DNA from: Thermoplasmata archaeon
Lineage (GTDB): Archaea > Thermoplasmatota > E2 > JACPAO01 > JAHFTW01
Length of the DNA stretch: 64,000 bases
Assembly: GCA_034667725.1 (NCBI GenBank)
Contig: JAXDQS010000001.1
Span: forward strand, 32,001-96,000
Reading direction: 5' to 3'
Under the pieces are notes generated by a model. That model was not told the origin of the DNA. It did no database searches and saw only the letters and a program-made list of their open reading frames with translations. How positions within the stretch are numbered: position 1 is the stretch's first letter; each line of letters begins with the position of its first letter. Below, piece after piece: positions 29,142 through 37,601 of this stretch. Position numbers and translations under genes: made by a program.

Positions 29142-30481
29142 GCGAGGACGCCAGCCTGCTCTTGAGCCGCGCCGAGCGCCTGGTCGAGCGCCTCCGCCGC
29201 CACGCCGACCAGGTCGAGGTCTACCTGGAGTCCGGCGCCAGCCTCGACGTCGAGCTGGAGAAGGGCGCCATCGCCAGCACTGGCTTCAGCCGCAGCGCCG
29301 GCGGCGCTGTCCGCGTCGTGCAAGGCGGCCGTCTCGGCTTCGCCTACTTCACCCAGGACACGCAGGCCCCCGCCGCGCTGGAGCAGGCGCTGCGCCAGTC
29401 GCGCCACGCCACCGTGCTCGGCTACAGCCTCCCGTCCCCGGGCAAGGCGCCTGCCCTCGTCGGCCGCTGGGACCCCGCCGTCGCGGCGCTCCAGGTGCCC
29501 GACGTGCTGGGGCTCGCGCGCGACCTGCTGCAAGGCGCCGCCGAGGCCGCGCCGCAGGCGACGGTCAGCGGCGGTGGCGCCAGCCTGTCGGCGGCCGCCT
29601 GCGCCATCGTCAGCTCGCTCGGCGTCGCGGTCGCGGACCAGGCGACGTCCGCCTCCGGCGGCGCGTCGCTGGTGCTGGAGGAGGGCGAGCGCAGCCTGTC
29701 CGCCAGCGAGTCGCTGGGCTCGCACCGCCTCGACCTCGACGGCCGCGCCATCGCCGCCAAGGCGGCCGAGACCGTGCTGTCGCTCCGCAAGCCCAAAGCC
29801 GTTGACGCCGGCGGGCGCTTCGGGTTGCTGCTGCACCCGGAGGCCGCCAGCGAGCTGGTGGCCGGCCTGGTGGTGTCCGCGGCCGGCGGCGACGACGCGA
29901 TGCGCGGCAAGACCGTCTGGAGCGGCAAGCTCGGCACGGAGGTCGCGCACCCGTCGCTTTCGGTCCGCGACGATCCGCACGCGCCCGGCGCCATCGGCGC
30001 GGTGCCGTTCGATGACGAGGGTGTCCCGTGCGCGCCGCTTGCGATCCTGGACGGCGGCGTGCTGCGGCACTACCTGTTCGACTCGTGGGACGGCCACCGC
30101 CACAAGCAGCCGACGACGGCGAGCGCGGTGCGCGACGACTTCAAGGTCCGCCCCGGCACCGACACGCACCACCTCGTGGTCAGCGCCGCCGGCGCCCGCC
30201 CGTGGGACGCCTTGGTGGCCGGCATGGACGACGGCTTCGTGGTCGAGTCGGTGCTGGGCGCCCACACCGCCAACGTCACCACCGGCGACTTCTCGGTCAC
30301 GGCCCCGAACGTATGGCGGGTCCGCAAGGGCGCCATTGAGGGCCCCGTCTCGGAGATCGCGTTCGCCGGCAACCTGCCCAAGCTGCTGCAGCAACTGGCG
30401 GGCTGCGGCTCGGAGCCCAAGCGGATGTCCGGGATGCAGATGCCGCCGCTGCTGTTCGCGGACGTCGACGTTTCGGTCTGA
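29138..30481 (+). CDS. pmbA: PmbA/TldE
   Basis: ATGA-coupled to tldD; PFDDEGVP, HTANVTTGDFS, FAGN; lacks HExxxH. Confidence 0.88.
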   Translation: MSEDASLLLSRAERLVERLRRHADQVEVYLESGASLDVELEKGAIASTGFSRSAGGAVRVVQGGRLGFAYFTQDTQAPAALEQALRQSRHATVLGYSLPSPGKAPALVGRWDPAVAALQVPDVLGLARDLLQGAAEAAPQATVSGGGASLSAAACAIVSSLGVAVADQATSASGGASLVLEEGERSLSASESLGSHRLDLDGRAIAAKAAETVLSLRKPKAVDAGGRFGLLLHPEAASELVAGLVVSAAGGDDAMRGKTVWSGKLGTEVAHPSLSVRDDPHAPGAIGAVPFDDEGVPCAPLAILDGGVLRHYLFDSWDGHRHKQPTTASAVRDDFKVRPGTDTHHLVVSAAGARPWDALVAGMDDGFVVESVLGAHTANVTTGDFSVTAPNVWRVRKGAIEGPVSEIAFAGNLPKLLQQLAGCGSEPKRMSGMQMPPLLFADVDVSV

Positions 30482-30538
30482 GCCCACGTTCGATTTCCCC
30501 CTAACAAAACGCAAACCGTTATCTCCGCCCAGGAAGGC

Positions 30539-31330
30539 ATGGGGTCCGTGGCCAAGATCACGCTGGACGCCGAGACCTTCCGGGCCCTGGCGAGCAGCAC
30601 CCGCCTCACCGTCCTGCGCGCGCTCGACGTCCGCCGCAAGACCCTGACCGAGCTGGCCAAGGACTTGGCGCTCAACAAGGCCACCGTCCACGAGCACCTG
30701 CAGATCCTCACGCAGAGCGGGCTCGTGGCCAAGAAAGACGAAGGCCGCAAGTGGATTTACTACGAACTCACCTGGCGCGGCCAGAAAATCCTGCACCCGC
30801 AGGAGACCACCACCTTCAGCGTCCTCCTGGGCCTCGGCGTCATCGCGGCCGGCGGCGGCGTCGCCATGCTGGGCCGCGCCCTCGACTTCTGGCTCCAGGA
30901 GCACCCGTTGCTGGACCCCACCACAGACCCGGCCTCCGACCCCACCCAAGACGGGAACGAGCGCGTCGGGCTCGCGATGGACCAGTCGACCAGCGGCACC
31001 TCCACGGCGGCAGCCCCCGCCGCCGGCAGCGGCACCGCCAGCAGCAGCGCGCCCCCGCAGACCTCGACGGGCGCCCAATCGGCCACCGGCACGTACTCCG
31101 ACCACGACGCGAGCTCGAGCGCGGCGCAAGGGTTCGCCGCCGAGACCACGACCTCGCCTCCGGAAAGCCCGCCCGACACGGACGCAGGCTTCTTCGATGA
31201 AGGCGGCTGGCTGGCCATCGCCCTGCTGGCGTTCTCCGCCTTGGCCGTGACCCTGGCGGCCCTGCTGCGCCGCCGCCTGCGGCCGGCGCCGTTCGTGCCC
31301 CCGGCCGGACCGGAAACGGAAACGCCATGA
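30539..31330 (+). CDS. ArsR-like winged-HTH regulator with two TM helices flanking a low-complexity loop
   Basis: FRALASSTRLTVL...TLTELAKDL.LNKATVHEHL..L...GLV...KWIYYELT; TM1, S/T/A/D-rich loop, TM2 + RRR. Confidence 0.75.
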   Translation: MGSVAKITLDAETFRALASSTRLTVLRALDVRRKTLTELAKDLALNKATVHEHLQILTQSGLVAKKDEGRKWIYYELTWRGQKILHPQETTTFSVLLGLGVIAAGGGVAMLGRALDFWLQEHPLLDPTTDPASDPTQDGNERVGLAMDQSTSGTSTAAAPAAGSGTASSSAPPQTSTGAQSATGTYSDHDASSSAAQGFAAETTTSPPESPPDTDAGFFDEGGWLAIALLAFSALAVTLAALLRRRLRPAPFVPPAGPETETP

Positions 31331-31352
31331 ACGGCCCCGGGCTGGGTCGCGC

Positions 31353-31823
31353 ATGGCCTTCGAGATGCAGGTCGTGAGCCACGCCCCGCTCACCGGCGAG
31401 ACCGACCCGCAGCGCCTCGCCAAGGTGCTGTTCTCGATGATCGGCTACACGGCCCGCAAGGGCCCCGACCACGGCATCTCGTTCAAGCTGTTCTACGACT
31501 GCTTCCTGCTGCACCCCACGAAGGAATGGACCGTCGAGGAGCTGGCGGCGGCGTGCGGCACCACGATGCCGAGCATCTACCGCCACCTGAACAAACTGAA
31601 GGACTACGACTTGGTCGAGGACCTGATGGTCGGCGGCGACGAGGAGGAGGGCGGCGGCGACCGCAAGCGCGCCTTCCGGCTGCGCTACGGCGACCTGGGC
31701 AAGGCGTGGAACTTCGCCGAGGCGCACTTCCAGCTCGCGATCGAGAACTACCGCAAGTCGGTGGACCACCTGGAGGCGCTGCTGCGGGACGCGCGCAACC
31801 GGGTGAGCGTGCCGGCGCAGTAG
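31353..31823 (+). CDS. Winged-HTH transcriptional regulator
   Basis: WTVEELAAACGTTMPSIYRHLNKLK..DLVE. Confidence 0.7.
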   Translation: MAFEMQVVSHAPLTGETDPQRLAKVLFSMIGYTARKGPDHGISFKLFYDCFLLHPTKEWTVEELAAACGTTMPSIYRHLNKLKDYDLVEDLMVGGDEEEGGGDRKRAFRLRYGDLGKAWNFAEAHFQLAIENYRKSVDHLEALLRDARNRVSVPAQ

Positions 31824-31850
31824 CCAAAAAAAGGAAAGAGGGAAGGAGGA
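31824..31850 (-). terminator. Pyrimidine/T-rich terminator between convergent genes
   Basis: Minus strand reads tcctccttccctctttcc followed by a T run. Confidence 0.6.
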
Positions 31851-31864
31851 CCGGGGTCGCCTGC

Positions 31865-32506
31865 CTAGCAGGTCGGGGCCTGGGCGTAGGCCGAGGGCGC
31901 GATCGAGACCGTGCCGCCGAGGCCGCTGAAGGCGCGGGTGATGACCTGGACGTTCAGGTTGCTCGGGCACTTCGGGCCGTCGCCGTCGCCCATGATGTCG
32001 AAGCTGGGCTTGTACTCGACGCCGCTGGTGAAGACGTGCGACTGGCCGAGGCAGTGGCCGAACTCGTGGGTGGTGACGCGCAGGAACGAGCCGTAGGCGA
32101 CCAGCATCGGCGCGGTGGCGTAGCAGGTCGGGGTCAGGGCGCTGCCGTTGCCGCCGTTGGTGACGGACATGAAGCCCTGCGGGACGAAGACGATGTCCGG
32201 CGTGAAGTCGGAGGGGGGCACGGTGCCGGAGTCCGCCCAGTAGATGCGGAAGCTCAACTGGCTGCCCAGGGTCGGGTTCCAGTACGAGATGCCGTTCTGC
32301 CAAATCTGGATGGCGCGCTGGATGGAGTAGGAGATGAGCGGGTCGTGGATGTCGAGGATCAGGATGTCGAGGTTCTTCTTCGACCAGTTGAACCAGACCG
32401 GCTCGTCATAGTTCGCGACCGCCGTGGCGGCAGGGGCCATGGTCGGCAGCAGCAGGACGGCGACGACCGGAATCAAGAGCGAGCGTTGGAGTTTCAAAAC
32501 GAACAC
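31865..32506 (-). CDS. Small secreted metzincin-type metalloprotease
   Basis: Signal peptide; HEFGHCLGQSH; Met-turn DIM. Confidence 0.7.
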   Translation of the reverse strand: MFVLKLQRSLLIPVVAVLLLPTMAPAATAVANYDEPVWFNWSKKNLDILILDIHDPLISYSIQRAIQIWQNGISYWNPTLGSQLSFRIYWADSGTVPPSDFTPDIVFVPQGFMSVTNGGNGSALTPTCYATAPMLVAYGSFLRVTTHEFGHCLGQSHVFTSGVEYKPSFDIMGDGDGPKCPSNLNVQVITRAFSGLGGTVSIAPSAYAQAPTC

Positions 32507-32543
32507 ACCCGGCCGTCGGATTCAGGTGTCATCCTTAACGTTG

Positions 32544-33176
32544 CTAGCCATACTGGGTACACGCAGCGGCTTCCCGCACCAGGTCCAAAAACAGGGCGTG
32601 CATCCTGCCATCCCCCGTCAATTCGGGATGGAACGCCGTCCCCAGCACGAGGCCCTTCCGCACCGCCACGATCCCCCGTTCGTTGCGCGCCAAGGTCTCG
32701 GTGGGGGCCCAAGCCTGCGTCACCACCGGCGCCCGGATGAACACGGCCGGAATCCGCCCGACCCCCGCCACCTCCAATTCGGCCTCGAACGAGTCGCGCT
32801 GCCGCCCGAAGGCGTTGCGGTCCACTTCCGTGTCCAGGAGGCCCAAGAGCTGGATGTCCTTGTCCGCCACATCCTTGGTGGCGCGGCTCGACAGCAGGAT
32901 GAGGCCGGCGCAGGTGCCGAACAGCGCCAGGTCGCCGCGCCGGCCGCGCTCGACCACGGGCGCCTGCAGGCCGCTGGAGCGCAGCAGCCGGCTGATGGTG
33001 GTCGACTCGCCGCCTGGCAGGACCAGGCCGTGCACGCCGGCGAGGTCGGCGGGCGTCCGCACCGCGACCACCTCGACGGCGATGCCGCGGGCGCGCCCGG
33101 CGGCCAGGAGGGCGGCGACGTGCTCGTGGACGGCGCCCTGCACGGCCAGCACGCCGACGCGCAGCGGCTCCGTCAT
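32544..33176 (-). CDS. pdxT: Pyridoxal 5'-phosphate synthase glutaminase subunit
   Basis: GVLAVQG, LPGGESTT, GTCAG, RNAFGRQRDSFE, VFIRAP, FHPEL. Confidence 0.95.
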   Translation of the reverse strand: MTEPLRVGVLAVQGAVHEHVAALLAAGRARGIAVEVVAVRTPADLAGVHGLVLPGGESTTISRLLRSSGLQAPVVERGRRGDLALFGTCAGLILLSSRATKDVADKDIQLLGLLDTEVDRNAFGRQRDSFEAELEVAGVGRIPAVFIRAPVVTQAWAPTETLARNERGIVAVRKGLVLGTAFHPELTGDGRMHALFLDLVREAAACTQYG

Positions 33177-34177
33177 GGGGCAGCCACGTCGATGGCCTCG
33201 AGCGCGATCTCGAGCAGGCCGCTGTACTGGACGCCGGAGTAGCTGTCGACGCGGATGGTGTAGTCCCCCAGCGGCATGAAGGCGGCCAGGTTGTCGGGCC
33301 AGAGGACCAGCAGCTCGTCGGTGTACGGTGTGCTCGGGTCCACGAGGACGTTGCCGGCGGCGTCCAGGAGGCGCAGGTCGAGGTCGTCCTTGGGCTCGCT
33401 GTCGGCGAACGCGCCGCGCAGGAACACCCGCAGCCGCTGGGTGCCGTTCTCCAGCGTGAACGGGACGGTCAGGAGGTTGACGCCCTCGATCGCGGGGATC
33501 GCGCCGGTGGGGCCGCCTTGGTTGGCCGGCAGGTTGACCGGGAAGCGCAGGTAGCGCAGCAGCACCCAGGCGTGGTCGGGCTCGCACGCGACCTGGAACG
33601 TGAGGCGGCTGGGCGTGTCGCCGCCGAACAGGATGTCCTCGCCGTCGGGCGACAAGCCGGCCAGCAGCAGGCTTGCGGTGTCGTTGCGCTCCAGCACGAT
33701 GCCGCCCTTGGGCAGCACGAAAGTCTGGTTGGCGACCCAGGCCGTCCCCTCGGGCTCGACCAAGGCGGTGTAGTAGGCCGCCGTCGCCGCCCCGGGGAAG
33801 CGGCTGCTGCCGAACTGGTTGAAGAACCGAAACGCCTCGCCGGGCGCCGCCGGCGTCGGGTAGCCGGCCGACCCGGTGCTGCGCGCGAACAGCTCCAGCC
33901 GCACGTCGCCGACGACGCGCACCGCCATCTCGACCGGCTCCGACCGCCACGGCACCGCGCCGTTGTTGGCGAAGCCTTCCTCGAAGCCGTCGCTGCGCTC
34001 GACGCCGCTTTCGGCCGGCAGCTCCGGCACCAGCGTCCGGCCGGGTCCGAGGTAGAGCGTCAGGTCGCGCGGCGGCTGGTCCTCGCAGGCCACCTCGGGC
34101 GCGGGCGGCTGCGGCGGGTCCGGGCTCGCGCAGCCGGCCACGACGATCAGGATGGCAAGGAGCGCCAGGCGCTGCAT
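33173..34177 (-). CDS. Lipoprotein of unknown function (possible C-terminal PPC-like domain)
   Basis: MQRLALLAILIVVAGC lipobox; DDLDLRL.D..G, GDYTIRV. Confidence 0.6.
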   Translation of the reverse strand: MQRLALLAILIVVAGCASPDPPQPPAPEVACEDQPPRDLTLYLGPGRTLVPELPAESGVERSDGFEEGFANNGAVPWRSEPVEMAVRVVGDVRLELFARSTGSAGYPTPAAPGEAFRFFNQFGSSRFPGAATAAYYTALVEPEGTAWVANQTFVLPKGGIVLERNDTASLLLAGLSPDGEDILFGGDTPSRLTFQVACEPDHAWVLLRYLRFPVNLPANQGGPTGAIPAIEGVNLLTVPFTLENGTQRLRVFLRGAFADSEPKDDLDLRLLDAAGNVLVDPSTPYTDELLVLWPDNLAAFMPLGDYTIRVDSYSGVQYSGLLEIALEAIDVAAP

Positions 34178-34252
34178 GGGCGCGGCGACAGAGGGCCCGG
34201 GCAAGAGCGTTGCGCCCGCGCTTTCAAGTGGGGCGCCAGGGTCGGCCGCCCC

Positions 34253-35161
34253 GTGGCTCCCCGCCCCCGCGACGCCTACGGCATGCTGCTCGCGGTGCAG
34301 CTGCTGTTCGGGCTGTTCCCGGTGGCCAGCAAGAAGGTGCTGCCGTTCCTGGACCCGTTCAGCATCTTGGCCATTCGGGTCGGCGGCGCGGCGTTCTGCC
34401 TCCTCGTCCTCCACCTCCTGCTGGTGCGCAACCCGGTGCCCATCCGGAAGGAGTGGCGGCTGGTGGGCGTGCTCGCCCTGCTCGGCGTGGTGGTGAACAT
34501 GGGGATGTTCATGGTCGGCCTGCAATACACGACCTCGACGGAAGCCGTCCTGGTCATCACCACCATCCCGGTCTTCACCTACGCCATCGCCGTGGTCCTC
34601 GGCCGCGAGCCCATGGGCCCCCGCCGCGCCCTGGGCATCGTCCTTGCCATCGTCGGCATCGCCTATCTCACGCTGGAAGGCGCCCAGCTCGACGGCGCCC
34701 ACGTCCTCGGCGACCTCCTCATCCTCGGCAACGCCCTGAGCTACGCCGCCTTCCTGGTGTTCGCCAAGCCCCTCATCGAACGCCACGACCCGCTCTCGCT
34801 CACCACCTGGGTGTTCCTGATCGGCGCCGTGGTGTTCATCCCGATCGGCCTGCTCGGCGGCCTGCGCGGCGACCTGGCGGCCCTGCCCACCGAGGGCATG
34901 TGGTGGATGGGGTTCATCATCCTCGGCCCTAGCGTCACGACCTACGTCCTCAACACTTTCGCGCTGCGGCACGTCCCCGCCTCGACGGTGGCGTTCTTCA
35001 CCTACATCCAGCCCATCTTCACGGCCGTGGCGGCCTGGCTGCTGCTCGGGGACCCGCTGAACCCCCGCCTCCTGCCCGCCGCGTTGCTGGTGTTCGCCGG
35101 CGTCTGGCTGGTCGCGCGCCGCAAGCCCAAGGTCCTCGAAGGCCAGCTCATCGGCGAATGA
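34253..35161 (+). CDS. EamA/DMT transporter
   Basis: GLQYTTST, TIPVFT, GDLLILGNALSYA, FTYIQPIF; ~10 TM helices. Confidence 0.85.
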   Translation: MAPRPRDAYGMLLAVQLLFGLFPVASKKVLPFLDPFSILAIRVGGAAFCLLVLHLLLVRNPVPIRKEWRLVGVLALLGVVVNMGMFMVGLQYTTSTEAVLVITTIPVFTYAIAVVLGREPMGPRRALGIVLAIVGIAYLTLEGAQLDGAHVLGDLLILGNALSYAAFLVFAKPLIERHDPLSLTTWVFLIGAVVFIPIGLLGGLRGDLAALPTEGMWWMGFIILGPSVTTYVLNTFALRHVPASTVAFFTYIQPIFTAVAAWLLLGDPLNPRLLPAALLVFAGVWLVARRKPKVLEGQLIGE

Positions 35162-35190
35162 GCCAAGAACCCGGCCAGGGATGGCGGCCG

Positions 35191-36462
35191 ATGCGCGCCC
35201 TCGTCGTCGCAGCCCTCCTTCTCGCCCCCGTCCTGCCCGCCTTGGCCTCCGGCGGCGGCTGCCAGGAGTCGTTCCACCCCGCCATCGGCCGGATGTGCGC
35301 GCGCCCCGACGGCCTGTTCGACGTGCTGGGCCCCGACGGCGCCCGCATCGGCGTCGTCCACGGCCTCGACCCGGTCCCCGCCGGCGCGCAGCCCAGCCTG
35401 CCGCCGCCGGCCGGCCCGTACATGGCCGACAACGTCCGCCAGCCGTCCTGCGTGGACATGACGCGCGGCGTGCCCGGCCACGTCGTCATCATGGCCTACG
35501 TCGGCCAGCTCCCGAACGCAAAGTCCCAGATCGACGTCGCCAACTCGATGCGGATGCTCATCACCGCCATCGACAAGGTCGTGGACGACTCGGGGCTGCA
35601 GCGCGGCGACCACGCCGACCTGCGGGTGGCGTGCAGCCAAGGCCAGATCGCAATCTTCCAGGAGTCCATCGGCGCCGTCGGCGGCGGCTACTCCGGCATG
35701 TTCTCGCACGTCAAGTCGTCGCTGATGGCGCGCGGCTACAACGACCCCGCCAAGAAATACTGGGTCTACTACGACGCCCTGGACCCCACCTACTCGGCGG
35801 CCGGCGTCGGCGACCTCTACTACGACGACTCGCCGCTCGCGTCGAACCTCAACAACGGCAACTCCGGCACGCCGACCTACGCCGTCAGCCTCGCCTACTG
35901 GGACGTCCGCGTCCTGCTGCACGAGGCCGGCCACAACCAAGGCGCCGTGCAAGCGAGCGCGCCCCACCACAACTACGGCGGCCACTGCGACGACGGCTAC
36001 GACATCATGTGCTACACCGCGAGCGCCGCCGGCTGCCCCTATTCCTACCCGGACCCGGACCCGTTCGACTGCCACAACGACGACTACTTCGACACCCAGC
36101 CGGCCCCCGCCTCCTACCTGGCGACCCACTGGAACCTCGCCAACCCTGTCAACCGCTACATGCACGTCGGCGCCAGCACCATGGACCAGGTCCTGTGCAA
36201 CCCGGCCGGCCTCCACGCGGCGGCGTGCGTCTTCTACGGTGGCAACCCGGGCGTCGCGGCGGTCGAGTACCGCGTCGACTGGGGCGACGGCACCATCCAG
36301 ACGACCACGGGCCCCGCGCCCGGCGTCCCGTGGGCGCCGAAGCAGGAGGCCGCCACCGCGCACGCCTACCTGGCAGGCGGCACCTACACCGTCCACGTCT
36401 CGGCCCGGGACGCGGACGGCGGCTGGAGCGGCGGCATGCCGTACACCGTCACGGTGGTCTAG
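35191..36462 (+). CDS. Secreted zinc metalloprotease with C-terminal PKD domain
   Basis: Signal peptide; HEAGHNQGAVQASAPH; DIMCY; PKD motifs VDWGDGT and HAY..GGTYTV. Confidence 0.7.
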   Translation: MRALVVAALLLAPVLPALASGGGCQESFHPAIGRMCARPDGLFDVLGPDGARIGVVHGLDPVPAGAQPSLPPPAGPYMADNVRQPSCVDMTRGVPGHVVIMAYVGQLPNAKSQIDVANSMRMLITAIDKVVDDSGLQRGDHADLRVACSQGQIAIFQESIGAVGGGYSGMFSHVKSSLMARGYNDPAKKYWVYYDALDPTYSAAGVGDLYYDDSPLASNLNNGNSGTPTYAVSLAYWDVRVLLHEAGHNQGAVQASAPHHNYGGHCDDGYDIMCYTASAAGCPYSYPDPDPFDCHNDDYFDTQPAPASYLATHWNLANPVNRYMHVGASTMDQVLCNPAGLHAAACVFYGGNPGVAAVEYRVDWGDGTIQTTTGPAPGVPWAPKQEAATAHAYLAGGTYTVHVSARDADGGWSGGMPYTVTVV

Positions 36463-36866
36463 CGCACCGCGTTCGGGTTGCGCCCGTCCGCGTACGCCTG
36501 CTCCATCGCACCCGGCCGCCGGTCCTCCAACGCCGCCCACTCGTTGCCCGACGGATCCGTGAACAGCAGGCACGGCCCGTTCGGCGTCTCGAACCCAGGA
36601 TCCTGGCCCACCCAGCCCAGCTTCTCCAGCTCCGCCCGCGTCGCCTCCAGGTCGGCCACCTCCCAGATCGGCAGCATGGTGCCGGGCTTGCGGTGGTCCG
36701 CGAGCAGCACCAGCGGCCCCTCGCCCAAGTCGACCGCGGCGACCTCGGCCCCGAACGCCCGGAAATGCCACGCCTTGCGGGCACCCATGCGCTGGTAGAA
36801 CGCAGCGTCGCGCGCCGTGTCCGCCGAGCCCACGTAGAGGAAGCGCAGCCGGCCGAAAGGCGTCAT
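36459..36866 (-). CDS. VOC/glyoxalase-family protein
   Basis: LYVGSAD...AAFY, WEVADLEA, FETPNG...FTDPSGN. Confidence 0.78.
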   Translation of the reverse strand: MTPFGRLRFLYVGSADTARDAAFYQRMGARKAWHFRAFGAEVAAVDLGEGPLVLLADHRKPGTMLPIWEVADLEATRAELEKLGWVGQDPGFETPNGPCLLFTDPSGNEWAALEDRRPGAMEQAYADGRNPNAVR

Positions 36867-36887
36867 CGCGGCCGACCCCTTCCTGGC

Positions 36888-36893
36888 CTTAAG
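36888..36893. promoter_or_regulatory. Bidirectional CTTAAG TATA-like box
   Basis: Palindrome located 27-28 nt from both divergent starts (36866 and 36916). Confidence 0.55.
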
Positions 36894-36915
36894 AAGCCGC
36901 GCCCACGGCAACACC

Positions 36916-37266
36916 GTGATAGCCCTTGGACGCCAAACATCCCTCATGAACGTAACCAGACTCGCCATGCTCCTGGTCGGCATGGCCTTGGTGCTCATCG
37001 CCGGCGCCGTGGCCTACTTCCAGACCGACCTGCGCAACTACGTCCCGCTGGGCGTCGCGATTGCCGTCCTCCTGTTGATGGGCGGCATCTTCGTGTTCGC
37101 CCTGTCCAGCCAGTTCCGCAGCAGCCGCATCGTGGAGGAACGGTACGCGGACTCGACCCTCCGGCCCGCCACCACCAACACCACCATCGTGCGCGACCGC
37201 GACCGCCCCAGCCGCCGCTACGACGACCAGGACGTCACCGAGATTGAGACGGTCAGGGCGCACTGA
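36916..37266 (+). CDS. Small two-TM membrane protein
   Basis: Two hydrophobic helices and a charged tail; start at 36916 or 36946. Confidence 0.65.
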   Translation: MIALGRQTSLMNVTRLAMLLVGMALVLIAGAVAYFQTDLRNYVPLGVAIAVLLLMGGIFVFALSSQFRSSRIVEERYADSTLRPATTNTTIVRDRDRPSRRYDDQDVTEIETVRAH

Positions 37267-37288
37267 GCAGCCAACCGCCTTCATTCGA

Positions 37289-37601
37289 GCTACTGCCCGC
37301 TGAGGCCAGCCTGCCAGTCAGTGCGCCTTCGGCGCAACGACGGCCTGCGGCGCGCCGTGCTTCTTGCGCTTCGGGTGGCGCTGCTGCCGCTGAGGCGGGC
37401 AGCAGCTATCCTCGGCGCTTCGCGCGCCTCGGTACCCAAAGCACGAAGCCGTGGAGGCTCGGTCTAGTGCGCCTTCGGCGCACTGACCATCGGCGCTCCA
37501 GCCTTCTTGTGCTTCGGGTGGCGCTGCTGCCCGCTGAGGCGGGCAGCAGCTAACCTCGGCGCTGCGCGCCCGAAGCCCCCAAGGACCGTTTTCAGCGCTG
37601 G
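37289..37601 (-). repeat. Tandem ~140-bp units: palindrome plus diverged copy of the atpB 3' end
   Basis: Copies at 37318-37377 and 37464-37520 translate to HPKRKKHGAPQAVVAPKAH* and HPKHKKAGAPMVSAPKAH* (true end [19 protein letters not shown]). Palindromes at 37380-37406, 37523-37550 and, partially, 37289-37306. Confidence 0.9.

Noticed and set aside
32544-33176. pdxT without adjacent pdxS
   Set aside because: Separation of pdxS and pdxT is common in archaea; uninformative without the whole genome.
37490-37500. TCGGCGCTCCA matching the tRNA-Ser 3' end/trailer (possible att site)
   Set aside because: An 11-bp GC-rich match that lies inside the atpB-like coding copy, which already explains it.
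37289-37601. Repeat array as a CRISPR array (with Cas4 in the window)
   Set aside because: Only two full units with ~140-bp period, the 'spacers' are homologous to each other and to atpB, there is no cas1/cas2, and the Cas4-like gene is ~25 kb away.
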